DNA of 64,000 bases from a bacterium (lineage in GTDB: Bacteria; Electryoneota; Electryoneia; Electryoneales; Electryoneaceae). The notes below the pieces were generated by a model that was not told where the DNA came from, did no database searches, and saw only the letters and a list, made by a program, of their open reading frames with translations. How positions within the stretch are numbered: the first letter of the stretch is position 1; each line of letters opens with the position of its first letter. Below are positions 20,153-29,752 of the stretch, piece after piece. The position numbers and the translations under genes were made by a program. The DNA lies in contig CAXXKJ010000002.1 of assembly GCA_963675295.2 (NCBI GenBank), positions 32,001 to 96,000 of the forward strand, in the 5' to 3' direction.

Positions 20153-20821
20153 GTGGATTCCAGCATGGCACGTACACCGTTACTCGTCGCCGGCGCAACC
20201 TCGCCGGATTTCCTCAAAACGTTGCACGCGATCAACCGTGCAACCGGGGACGGGTACGATCTGCGTGGTTTCCTCGAGATTGACGAGTCCCTGGTCGGCA
20301 CCGAACAGTTTGGCTACCCGGTGCTTGCCGAACGGGACGTGACGCCGGAAACTCACCCAGGCCATGCCATTTTCGTCAACATCGCGCACACGATGGTTGC
20401 GAAACGCAAGGCGACGGACGCCGTGCGCGACCGTGGCTTCACCACCTTCGCGACGCTGATCCATCCGGACGTTGACATGACCGATGTCACCGCCGGTGAG
20501 GGCACGGTCATCCTGCAGGGCTCAGACATCGGCCCATTCACCACGATTGGCGGTCACTGTACGATCCTGATGGGCGTCAACCTGAACCACGAATGCCGCG
20601 TTGGCGCGTACACCTTCCTCGGCCCGGGTGCGATTCTGCTCGGACGAGTAAGCACGGATGACGGCGTCTACGTCGGTGGCGGCGCAATCATTCACCCGAA
20701 CGTGCACCTGGGCGAAGGCTGTGTTGTCGGCGCGGGAACCGTGGTCCGCAAGAACGTTCCGCCGTGGACCGTTGTCGCGGGTAATCCGGCGCGGACGATC
20801 AGACAGATTCCTCATGACTAA
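20153..20821 (+). CDS. NeuD/PglD-family hexapeptide acetyltransferase
   Basis: ATLIHP, NHEC, left-handed beta-helix repeats, VVAGNPAR. Confidence 0.9.
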   Translation: MDSSMARTPLLVAGATSPDFLKTLHAINRATGDGYDLRGFLEIDESLVGTEQFGYPVLAERDVTPETHPGHAIFVNIAHTMVAKRKATDAVRDRGFTTFATLIHPDVDMTDVTAGEGTVILQGSDIGPFTTIGGHCTILMGVNLNHECRVGAYTFLGPGAILLGRVSTDDGVYVGGGAIIHPNVHLGEGCVVGAGTVVRKNVPPWTVVAGNPARTIRQIPHD

Positions 20822-20833
20822 GGATGTTTTCGC

Positions 20834-21805
20834 ATGAAACGAGCGTTGATCGTTGGCTTCGGCTCCATTGGACGGCGTCACTTCCGTCACTTTCGCAACC
20901 TCGGTTGTTCGCCGATGGACGTCTTCCGGACCGGCAAGGCAACCATGCCGGACGACGAAGCGTTGCAGCCGGACAACATCTACTACGATTTCGACGAAGC
21001 GCTGGCGCAGAAGCCGGACGTGGTCGTGATTGCGAATCCGACCTCGCTGCATGTGGATGCGGCGTTGAAGGCCGTCCGGGCCGGTTGCCACGTGCTGGTC
21101 GAAAAACCGATCTCGCACAACCTGGATGGCTGCCTCGACCTCGCCGCCGAAGCGGTCCGGCACCAACGGATCGTCGGTATCGCGCATAACCAGCGGTATC
21201 ATCCGCTGATCTGCCGTTTAAAACAGATGATTGAAACGGGCGATCCACTTGGTAAACCGTTAATGGCGCACGCGCACATGGGCGGCTACCTCCCGGATTG
21301 GCATCCGTGGGAAGATTACAAGCAGGGCTATGCCGCACGCCGGGATCTCGGCGGCGGCTCAAGCCTGACCAACATCCACGAGCTCGATTTCATCCTCTGG
21401 TTGCTCGGGGATGCGACGGTGCACGCCGGCGTGGAGTTGGGCACGCATCCGCTCGAGACGGATGTGGATGAAGCGTCCGCGTTTGTGCTGCGGCACGAGT
21501 CTGGTGTGATCAGCGCGCTGACCTTTTCCCTCGCGCACAAGCCGCAACGCCGCACCACCGACATCTCGTTCACCGGCGGAAACGCTCACCTCGACCTGAT
21601 CGCCGGCGAATTGCGGCTTGACTTCGCGGCGAACGCGTCCGAAGTGATCGAGCCGGACGACGAGTGGGACATGGACGACACCTACCGCGACCAGGCGGCG
21701 GATTTTCTCGCCGCGGTGGAAGGAACCACCGAGGGCGCGTTTACCAAAGTGGATGAGGCGATGGCGGCACTGACCATCGCCCTCGATCGAAAGGGTTCCG
21801 CATGA
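20834..21805 (+). CDS. Gfo/Idh/MocA oxidoreductase
   Basis: IVGFGSIGRRH, HVLVEKP, YLPDWHPWEDY and HELD motifs. Confidence 0.9.
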   Translation: MKRALIVGFGSIGRRHFRHFRNLGCSPMDVFRTGKATMPDDEALQPDNIYYDFDEALAQKPDVVVIANPTSLHVDAALKAVRAGCHVLVEKPISHNLDGCLDLAAEAVRHQRIVGIAHNQRYHPLICRLKQMIETGDPLGKPLMAHAHMGGYLPDWHPWEDYKQGYAARRDLGGGSSLTNIHELDFILWLLGDATVHAGVELGTHPLETDVDEASAFVLRHESGVISALTFSLAHKPQRRTTDISFTGGNAHLDLIAGELRLDFAANASEVIEPDDEWDMDDTYRDQAADFLAAVEGTTEGAFTKVDEAMAALTIALDRKGSA

Positions 21806-22584
21806 GTACCGATCCGGTGTTTGACGTATCCGGCAAAATCGTGGTGATTACCGGCGGCTGCGGTTTGATCGGCCGCACATTGACCAAGGCCCTCGCCGAA
21901 CGGGACGCGAAGCTCGTCGTCGTTGATGTCGAAACCGCCGACCCGGAAAAATGGGCTGCCGGGCTCGGGGACGACCACATGGGCGTGATCTGTGACGTGT
22001 CGGATGAAGACGCTGTCGCGGCGTTGCATGACAAGGTGATCGAGCGGTACGGACGGATCGATGTATTGATCAACAACCACCACTTCCTCGCCAAGGGCGC
22101 GTGGGACACGACGGCGGAAACCTTTCCCAGTGACGCCTGGCGCGGAATCATCGACGTCAACCTCACCGGCCTGTTCTGGATGTGCCGCAAGTTCGGTTCG
22201 ACGATGCTCGAGCAGGGCAAGGGCGTGATCATCAACATGGCGTCGACCTATGGCGTGGTTTCGTCCAACCCGGCGTTGTACACCGACAATTCCCTCGCCA
22301 GCCCGATCGCATATTCGGCGAGCAAGGGCGGGGTGGTGATGATCACGAAATATCTCGCGTCGTACTGGGGTTCACGGGGCGTGCGGGTGAATTCGCTGAC
22401 GCCGCACGGGGTATGGAACAACCACGAGCCCGAGTTCGAGAAACGCTTCTCCGAGATGACGCCGTTGAAGCGGATGATGCAGCCGGAGGAACTGGTCGGC
22501 GCGACGCTGTTCCTTGCCAGTGACGCCAGCAGCTATGTCAACGGCTCCAACCTGCTGGTTGAGGGCGGCTGGACAGCTTGGTAA
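21802..22584 (+). CDS. Short-chain dehydrogenase (PtmA-like)
   Basis: TGGCGLIG, YSASK and VRVNSLTP motifs. Confidence 0.88.
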   Translation: MSTDPVFDVSGKIVVITGGCGLIGRTLTKALAERDAKLVVVDVETADPEKWAAGLGDDHMGVICDVSDEDAVAALHDKVIERYGRIDVLINNHHFLAKGAWDTTAETFPSDAWRGIIDVNLTGLFWMCRKFGSTMLEQGKGVIINMASTYGVVSSNPALYTDNSLASPIAYSASKGGVVMITKYLASYWGSRGVRVNSLTPHGVWNNHEPEFEKRFSEMTPLKRMMQPEELVGATLFLASDASSYVNGSNLLVEGGWTAW

Positions 22585-22855
22585 AGAAGCAACAGATGCC
22601 AGGGACGCAAAAGACGCAACTGAAGCAACTGAAAGTAAAAAATAGCCAAAGACAGTAAAAAACAGGAACAGAAAGTAAAAGGCAGGCAAAAACAGCAAAT
22701 AACAAGAACAAGCAGCACCAGATAGGGAAGTTATCATTCAAGTCTGTATTGTCTTTTACAATAAGTATGTAGTTGTTTTCTTTCGTCTGTTTTCGCGCCT
22801 TTCGCGGTTAAAGAGAAGCGGTTTTCCGTGTGTTCCGTGTATTCCGTGGTTGAGA
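22585..22855. repeat. Low-GC intergenic tract with 9-nt periodic repeats
   Basis: GAAGCAACA-GATGCCAGG-GACGCAAAA-GACGCAACT-GAAGCAACT, then TTTCGCGCC-TTTCGCGG and TTCCGTGTG-TTCCGTGTA-TTCCGTGGT. Confidence 0.7.
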
Positions 22856-22866
22856 GGGGTCCGGTC

Positions 22867-23901
22867 ATGAGCCAAACCATCACCATCAACGCCAGCCGTA
22901 TCGGCCCGGGCGAACCGGCGTACATCATCGCCGAGTTGTCCGGCAACCATCACCGTGACCTCGGCCTTGCAATCCGGATGATCGAGGCGGCGGCGGAAGC
23001 GGGCGCGAACGCAGTCAAGCTGCAGCATTTCACCGCGGATGGTATCACTGTGGACAGCGACCGTCCCGAGTTCATCCTCGGCGATACGACGATGTACGCG
23101 GCGTACAAGGCGTTCGAGACGCCGTGGGAGTGGACCGCCGAGCTGAAGGAGAAGGCGAACTCGCTGGGCCTGGATCTGTTTTCGAGTCCGTTTGACGTTT
23201 CCGCTGTGGATTTCCTTGAGGAGCTGGACGTTCCGGCGTACAAGATCGCCTCGTTCGAGCTGGTCGATCATGTGCTGTTGAAACGTGTTGCCGCGACCGG
23301 CAAGCCGGTGATCATGTCCACCGGCATGGCGAAGGTCAGTGAAATCGAGGAGTCGGTGAATGTATTGCGCGACAACGGATGTGACGAGATCGTGCTGCTC
23401 AAGTGCACCAGCTCCTACCCCGCGCCGCCGGAAGAGATGAACTTGCGGACCATTCCGTACCTGGCGGAGCTGTTCCATTGCCCGGTCGGCTTGTCGGATC
23501 ACACGCTGGGGATCGCGTTGCCGGTATCGGCGGTGACGTTGGGCGCGAACGTAATTGAAAAGCACTTCATCCTTGACCGTGACCAGGGCGGCCCGGAGAG
23601 CAGCTTCGCGCTGGAGCCGCATGAGTTGACGATGATGGTGGACGCGGTTCGCATGGCGGAGAAATCCCTCGGCACGGTTCATTTCGGTCCCGCCGAACGG
23701 GAAGCTGCGAGCCTGATCTTCCGCCGCAGCCTGTACGTGGTTCGCGACATCGCCGAGGGCGAGAAATTCAGCGAGGAGAATGTGCGTAGCGTACGGCCGT
23801 CCCACGGCATGCACACCCGCCACTACGAGGAAATCCTCGGCCGTCGTGCCGCGACCGCCATCGGGAAAGGAACGCCGCTGTCATGGGAGTTGATCCGGTA
23901 A
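22867..23901 (+). CDS. pseI: Pseudaminic acid synthase-like NeuB-family protein
   Basis: IIAELSGNH, TPWEW, FSSPFD, LLKCTSSYPAP, GLSDHT and FRRSLYVV motifs, typical of PseI. Confidence 0.85.
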   Translation: MSQTITINASRIGPGEPAYIIAELSGNHHRDLGLAIRMIEAAAEAGANAVKLQHFTADGITVDSDRPEFILGDTTMYAAYKAFETPWEWTAELKEKANSLGLDLFSSPFDVSAVDFLEELDVPAYKIASFELVDHVLLKRVAATGKPVIMSTGMAKVSEIEESVNVLRDNGCDEIVLLKCTSSYPAPPEEMNLRTIPYLAELFHCPVGLSDHTLGIALPVSAVTLGANVIEKHFILDRDQGGPESSFALEPHELTMMVDAVRMAEKSLGTVHFGPAEREAASLIFRRSLYVVRDIAEGEKFSEENVRSVRPSHGMHTRHYEEILGRRAATAIGKGTPLSWELIR

Positions 23902-23923
23902 GCTCCGGACAGGATTTTAGTTG

Positions 23924-24871
23924 ATGAACCAGAGGCTGCCAAACACGTTGATTGTCGGCGTTCCCAAGTGTGGAACGTCCTCGATGCACACGTATTTCCG
24001 CGACCATCCGCAGGTCTACGTCTCGGAGAAGAAGGAGCTGCACTGGTTCAGCCGTGACCGGATCGCCGCGAACCTCGCAGGTCCTGGCGACCGCGAAGTA
24101 TTTGACCGGATCGCGCCTACATTTGACGCGTACAAGGCTCATTTCGCGGACGCCCGTGACGAACCGGTCGTGCTCGAAGCCTCACCGTCGTACGCGTACT
24201 TCAACGACACCGTGATCCCCCGCCTCAAGGACACCCTCGGCAGCGACCTGAAGATCATTCTGCAGATTCGTAACCCGATCAAGCGTGCGCATTCGACGTG
24301 GGTGCACATGGTGACGAACGGGCGCGAAACGTTGTCATTCCACGACGCGATCCTCGCCGAGGAACGGCGCGCAGCAGAAGGATACGGAGATTTCTGGCGC
24401 TACGCCGGACATGGATTCTACGCCCCCCAGATCGAGCCCTTTGTTGCCAACTTTGGACGGGAAAACGTGAAAGTGATCGTGCTCGAAGACTTCAACCGCG
24501 ACCGGAAGCAGGGCTTCCTCGACCTCGCGCGTTGGCTGGGAGTAGACGGCAGCTTTCTGCCGAAGGATCTGGACATCGCATACGGCCACACCGGCCGTGC
24601 CAAAAATCCGGCGCTGAAGGCAACGCTGGACGCGGCGACCGCCGCCGCGGTCAAGTTGAAACGAATGATTCCGAAGGGCCTGTACGACCGCGCCCGTATC
24701 CTGAATGCCAAACTCGGCCGGATGAACACCACGCGCGACGTGTATCCGCTCGAGGATCGTACCTGGGATCAGCTCGCGGAGCGGTTCCGCACGGATCTCG
24801 AACGTACCAGCGCGTTGATCGGTCAGGATCTGACCCCGTGGCTGGACCGTCCGCGCGGGGGGCACCAGTGA
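23924..24871 (+). CDS. PAPS-dependent sulfotransferase
   Basis: 5'-PSB loop IVGVPKCGTSS, KKELHWF, EASPSY and 3'-PB motif RNPIKRAHS. Confidence 0.9.
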   Translation: MNQRLPNTLIVGVPKCGTSSMHTYFRDHPQVYVSEKKELHWFSRDRIAANLAGPGDREVFDRIAPTFDAYKAHFADARDEPVVLEASPSYAYFNDTVIPRLKDTLGSDLKIILQIRNPIKRAHSTWVHMVTNGRETLSFHDAILAEERRAAEGYGDFWRYAGHGFYAPQIEPFVANFGRENVKVIVLEDFNRDRKQGFLDLARWLGVDGSFLPKDLDIAYGHTGRAKNPALKATLDAATAAAVKLKRMIPKGLYDRARILNAKLGRMNTTRDVYPLEDRTWDQLAERFRTDLERTSALIGQDLTPWLDRPRGGHQ

Positions 24872-26343
24872 GCTTCGCGGAACCGTATTCAGATGAACTA
24901 GCGGAGATGCTGCTGAACCTCGAGGCGAGCCTCAACCAGCAGCCATTCAACGGCATCCCGATGGGGTCAACCCTCGCCGCGTCCCTGATCCTCGATTTCT
25001 GGAATGGAAACGCGCGCTGGTCACGTGGCGCCCGTTGGCGGCAACGCCTGCAGCGGATTCAGCGGTTTTACAAACCGTACGGCCTGCCAGACGCCGACCG
25101 TTCCGTCGCCTTGCACGAGTTGCCCCGCGACGGCATTCTGGTCACCTGGCTGCGGGACGATCCCCGCTACAACGGCATGATCCAGCCGCTTTTGAACCAG
25201 CTACCCGACGACGGCACCGTGGTCCTCGTGCGCAGCCGCGGGTTGTTTGCGCAAACCGGCAACAAGGCGGCGACACTGCTTGAAGCCCCACCCCCGCCGG
25301 ACAAGCTGGCGTGGCAGCGAATGTACCGCCGCATGGCACCGTATTGGGCCAAGACGCTCGAATCGTACGTTCGCGATCATGGCCTGGATCCGCTCTCCGT
25401 GCCGATGCTGCGTGTCCGGTTACTGATTCAGTCACAGCGTGTCTCCGGCTACCGGCACCTGCTGGAGGTGTTGCGTCCGAAAGCGATCCTCACCGAGTTC
25501 GACCGCAACATTTACAGTTCCTGCCTTGTGCTGGCGGCGAAATCGCTCGGCATTCCCACCGCGACGCTGGTGCATGGCACGATCAACCCGCCGTATGGCT
25601 ACAATCCGGTGCTCGCGGATCGCATCTTCGCGTGGGGTGAATTGCAACGCGACCAATTGCTTGGCCTCAAAACGCCGCCGGAAAAGATCCGGCTGACCGG
25701 GTTTGCCCGGGTCCAGCGTCCTGAACCGAAAGACGTCGCCGCGATCAAGCAGGCTGCCGGCCTGCCGTCGGATAAACCGGTGGTGTTGCTGGCGACGAAC
25801 CCGATTGAGCCGAAGGCGCATGAACGGCTGATCACGACGTACTGCAACGCGTTCGCCGGTCGTAAGGATGTCACCGTGGTCGTGCGTACCCATCCCGCCG
25901 AAGGGGAGAACGCTTGGGAAGCGTACCGTGACCGGTTCCCGTTCGTGTATCCGTTCGGGCGCGGCGATCAGTCGGTCGAGGATTCGCTGGCGATGACGGA
26001 CGTGTTCGTCTGCAACAACACCGGCATGTCGATGGACGCTCTGCTGCACGGCGTTCCGGTGGTGCTGCTGGACGTGCCGGGCTCCAGCCTGCTGAGCAAC
26101 CAGGACCTCGCCGCCGCGGGCGTCGCGCAGGTTACCCAGACCGCTGACGAGCTGGCATCCACGGTGGACGAAATCCTCAACGCCCCTGATCGTGCCGCCG
26201 CATTGGCGGAAAAGCGGGAAGCGTACCTCAAATCGATGTACGTTGCAATGGGTGACGAGGCCGCGACATTGGCCGCGAAGGAATTGTTGGCGCTGGCCGG
26301 GGACGATGCCCCTGTCCCGCAGCACGGGAGAGTTCATGCCTGA
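24868..26343 (+). CDS. GT-B fold glycosyltransferase or CDP-glycerol transferase-like protein (candidate nonulosonate transferase)
   Basis: TLVHG, FAWGE, VRTHPAE and DALLHGVPV motifs; GTGA overlap start. Confidence 0.65.
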   Translation: MSFAEPYSDELAEMLLNLEASLNQQPFNGIPMGSTLAASLILDFWNGNARWSRGARWRQRLQRIQRFYKPYGLPDADRSVALHELPRDGILVTWLRDDPRYNGMIQPLLNQLPDDGTVVLVRSRGLFAQTGNKAATLLEAPPPPDKLAWQRMYRRMAPYWAKTLESYVRDHGLDPLSVPMLRVRLLIQSQRVSGYRHLLEVLRPKAILTEFDRNIYSSCLVLAAKSLGIPTATLVHGTINPPYGYNPVLADRIFAWGELQRDQLLGLKTPPEKIRLTGFARVQRPEPKDVAAIKQAAGLPSDKPVVLLATNPIEPKAHERLITTYCNAFAGRKDVTVVVRTHPAEGENAWEAYRDRFPFVYPFGRGDQSVEDSLAMTDVFVCNNTGMSMDALLHGVPVVLLDVPGSSLLSNQDLAAAGVAQVTQTADELASTVDEILNAPDRAAALAEKREAYLKSMYVAMGDEAATLAAKELLALAGDDAPVPQHGRVHA

Positions 26344-27358
26344 CCGTCCGACGGTATACCTGTTGACCTACAACGACACCGCTGTCGCCAATCCCATCGC
26401 ACGCGCGTTCGAGGAACGCGGCTGGACCTGCCGTCAATTTATCTACGCCATGCCGAAGGTGTCGCCGACGATCATCAGGCTGCGGAAATTGGCCGATCCG
26501 ATGGTCGCGCGGAAGCTGCTGGCGGGCGAATACAACCGTGTCATCCGGGAGGAACTCGCACCCGCGCTCCAGTCCGATCCGCCGGACTTGCTGCTGGTGA
26601 TGAAAGGTCACCGGATCGACGCGGACAATTTCGCCGCGATTGAAACCAGCGGAGTGCCGGTGTTCCTCTGGTTCTACGATTCGCAGGAACGGTTTCAGCA
26701 CCAGGGCGACCTCGTCCCGTTGGCGAAGAAAATCTATGTCATCGACCGCAGCGACATTGCCGATGACCGCTACAGCTGGCTGCCGCTTGGATTCGATGAA
26801 CAGGTGTATCGCCCTTCAGATGACAGTCCCTTGTTCGACATCTTCTTCATCGGCAAGCTTGAGCCGCGCTACTACAAGACCCGCCGTGAATACCTGCTGA
26901 TGCTGGCCCGGTCGGAACTGCCGAAACGATACCGTGTCGGGTTCATCGGCACCACCGGCAACCGGATCCGTGACCGTCTGCTCGGGATCAAGCCGCCGTT
27001 CCAGTGGCTCGCGCCTCGCATGCCGGCGGACAAGTACGCTGCGATGATCGCACGTGCGAAGGTCGTCGTCAACGTGCACCAGGATGATGGCGGCGAACCG
27101 GTCAACCCGATGTTTTTCGCCACGGCAGGCTGCCGTGTCTGCCAGGTGATGGAACAGCGGGATTATCTGACGGAATGGATGACGCCGAACGAGGCCTACG
27201 TGCCGGTAACGCGGGATACGTTCCTCAGCACGCTGGAGATGCTACTCGCAGACCACACCGGCCGGAAACGGGTCGCCGAAGCGGGTTACCAGCAGGCACT
27301 GAAGCACACCTTCGCCGCACGTGTGGACAGGCTGTTGCAGGATTTCGCCGCGATCTGA
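26336..27358 (+). CDS. CgeB-like glycosyltransferase
   Basis: WLPLGFDEQVY, AKVVVNVH and GYQQALKHTFAARV motifs; RBS GGGAG. Confidence 0.8.
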   Translation: MPDRPTVYLLTYNDTAVANPIARAFEERGWTCRQFIYAMPKVSPTIIRLRKLADPMVARKLLAGEYNRVIREELAPALQSDPPDLLLVMKGHRIDADNFAAIETSGVPVFLWFYDSQERFQHQGDLVPLAKKIYVIDRSDIADDRYSWLPLGFDEQVYRPSDDSPLFDIFFIGKLEPRYYKTRREYLLMLARSELPKRYRVGFIGTTGNRIRDRLLGIKPPFQWLAPRMPADKYAAMIARAKVVVNVHQDDGGEPVNPMFFATAGCRVCQVMEQRDYLTEWMTPNEAYVPVTRDTFLSTLEMLLADHTGRKRVAEAGYQQALKHTFAARVDRLLQDFAAI

Positions 27359-27393
27359 CCCGGTGTGGAACCAGTAGCCAACATCTGTCCCAC

Positions 27394-28374
27394 CTACCGT
27401 TTTCCCATCAACCTCAAGCGCAGGTGATGCACCGACTTCAGCATCCGTTCCTTCTTCAACCGTTTGGCACGTGCGGCGTGAAACGCGGACGCTTTCGTCC
27501 GTTCCTCCGGGGTTAGCGGCGGGGTGTTATCCTCGATCCCGAGATCGGCGAACATCGCGCTGACCGAATCAACAATCTCCGGTGACAGTTCGTTCCGCCA
27601 TCCGTACGCACGTTCTTCCGACACCCGTTGCACCGAGTGGAAGGATGCGCCCACTTCTTTCGGTTGACCGCGTTTGCGGATTTTTTCGCTCACGGTCTCC
27701 GACCAGCCCAACCCGGCTTCTGTGAACAACTCCCGATACCGATCGGCGGAATCGAAGCACAGGTTTTCGTACTCAACAATCCGGTGGCTGTACGGTTCAA
27801 GCAACTTCGGCGCGAGCTGATGGCGCACGTGGGTGATCAGCGCGTGTTTCTGCGGCAGCGTCCGCGCGCGCGCGAAATCGAGCTCGATGCCGAACTCGGG
27901 CGCATGCCGTTGCATCTGATCGAACTCGAGGTTGATCGTCGACTTGATCCGTTTCAGCATCCCGAACCGCTCATTGCTGTTCAGGATCGCGTACGGGTTG
28001 CGGTGCATGAAGAAGACGAAATCCGGCTGATAGCGATCCAGCAGCAGCGGCATTTTTTCGAGACGTGGAATCTTGACCACGACAGCATCGTGATCACGAT
28101 TCGCCTCCTGTTCCATGACATGATCGAGGTGCTGGAAAACGGGTTTCGCGTGTTGGCGGGCTGCGTCTGTCGCGGTTTCCTGTGTGATGACGAACGGTTC
28201 GGCGGTCCAATAGGGGCGGATCTGTTCACGCCACGGACTGTCGTAGCGGCGTGGCACATCTGGTTCGAACAGCGCGCATACCGTTGGCAGCAGGTCGAAG
28301 GTTTTGACCGCCCAGCTGGTTCCGCTGCGGGGAGTGCCGAGGATGAAAACCAACCGTTTGTCAGTCACCATCAC
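27394..28374 (-). CDS. Sulfotransferase
   Basis: FILGTPRSGTSW, LFEP, HRNPYAILNS and EYENLC motifs. Confidence 0.85.
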   Translation of the reverse strand: MMVTDKRLVFILGTPRSGTSWAVKTFDLLPTVCALFEPDVPRRYDSPWREQIRPYWTAEPFVITQETATDAARQHAKPVFQHLDHVMEQEANRDHDAVVVKIPRLEKMPLLLDRYQPDFVFFMHRNPYAILNSNERFGMLKRIKSTINLEFDQMQRHAPEFGIELDFARARTLPQKHALITHVRHQLAPKLLEPYSHRIVEYENLCFDSADRYRELFTEAGLGWSETVSEKIRKRGQPKEVGASFHSVQRVSEERAYGWRNELSPEIVDSVSAMFADLGIEDNTPPLTPEERTKASAFHAARAKRLKKERMLKSVHHLRLRLMGKR

Positions 28375-28390
28375 AATCTCAGGTGAGAGT

Positions 28391-29725
28391 TCAACTGATT
28401 AACTGGCCGGGAATGGGCTGAGCCTGCGATCTCCCCAGCTTTCGCAGCCGTCCGTACTTGCGTTCAAGTCCGTACGCGTACCCGAAGTATGTCATCAGCA
28501 CGAAGGAGTGGTAGGGTGAGATGTAGACCGACCGGCCGAAGTTGAGCGCAACCTCGACGAGAAACAGCGCCAGCAGCATGTTTGCGTGATGCCGGTCGTT
28601 GCTGTTGAGCTTCAGTTTTCGCACCCGCTGAATGCGGAAATAACCGACGAAATACATTGAAAAGTAGAGAGCAAAACCGACAAGTCCCGTGCCGGTGAGG
28701 ATCTCCATGTAGTCGCTGTGTGCGGCCCCCTGGTACGGCGATAGCAAACGGTAGTTTCCCAGTCCGACGCCGGAGAATGGATGCTGCAGGAACATGCCCC
28801 AGCCGTCAATGTACATGTTGATCCGCTTCTCTTCCGACATCGGGTTCATCAGGAATTCGAGCAGGCGATTGCCGGCAACGGTCTCGTTGAGGATGATCGG
28901 CACCAACGCGATAATGACCACGATGAACAGCGTGGATAGCAGGAATTCGCCGAGTCGCTTGTTCTTCCGCCGCGCAAACTGGAAGAAATAGTACAGCGCG
29001 ATGGCAAAACCGAGGCCGAGGATGCCTTTGCGTGAACCGGTAAAGACAATCGTCGCGGCAGCAATGATCATCAATGCCACCAGCACAACCCGCAACGTTT
29101 TGTTCTTGGTTTCCTTGAAGATGTAGATGAGGAATCCGATGTACGGAATCCCTTGCTGGCCGATGGTGTTCGGGTTGGTGGCGATGGAGTAAACGCGGAC
29201 CTCATCCCCGGCGAGTGCGGATTGAAATTCGCCGGTGATCATCCCGTACACAATGACGAACGTCAACGCGGGGACGTAGCTGACAATGTTACCGCGCAGA
29301 TCCTCCCGAATGGCTGCCACACCGAACGCAATCAGGCCGAACACCCACACCTGCAGCGCTGTCAGGTATTCGCTGACGAAATGGTTCAGGTTGTAGGCAA
29401 CGATAAACCCGGTCAGCGACCAGAGTAACCATAGCCCAACCAGCGCAAGTTCCCATTGTGGGAAGCGCTTGTAGTAAAACATGCTGACGATGAATACCGC
29501 CGTCAGCACAATCCCGACGTAGAAGTTGATCGTGTTGATGGAGGGGAACATCTCCATCAACGCCTTGCTCATCAGGATGATGACGCTCATCGTGAACGTG
29601 AACAACACGATCACGATGGTGATCATCAGCTTACCCCGTTCGGCGAGCGGACCGGTCCTATCCGCCAGCGACGGCTGTGGCTGGTTCGAAGGTTTGTAGG
29701 AAAGCCGGTGAGCGTAGCTTTGCAT
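28391..29725 (-). CDS. O-antigen ligase/polymerase (Wzy_C family) membrane protein
   Basis: About 10 TM segments; NPN, TGSRKG, GVGLGNY and AHSDY motifs; exact start uncertain. Confidence 0.85.
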   Translation of the reverse strand: MQSYAHRLSYKPSNQPQPSLADRTGPLAERGKLMITIVIVLFTFTMSVIILMSKALMEMFPSINTINFYVGIVLTAVFIVSMFYYKRFPQWELALVGLWLLWSLTGFIVAYNLNHFVSEYLTALQVWVFGLIAFGVAAIREDLRGNIVSYVPALTFVIVYGMITGEFQSALAGDEVRVYSIATNPNTIGQQGIPYIGFLIYIFKETKNKTLRVVLVALMIIAAATIVFTGSRKGILGLGFAIALYYFFQFARRKNKRLGEFLLSTLFIVVIIALVPIILNETVAGNRLLEFLMNPMSEEKRINMYIDGWGMFLQHPFSGVGLGNYRLLSPYQGAAHSDYMEILTGTGLVGFALYFSMYFVGYFRIQRVRKLKLNSNDRHHANMLLALFLVEVALNFGRSVYISPYHSFVLMTYFGYAYGLERKYGRLRKLGRSQAQPIPGQLIS

Positions 29726-29752
29726 GATCTCGCGTTCGCAGCTGAGACAGGA

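Noticed and set aside
22372-22741. Hydrophobic minus-strand ORFs in the AT-rich insert
   Set aside because: Artefacts of translating A-rich periodic repeats; antisense to the operon and without an RBS.
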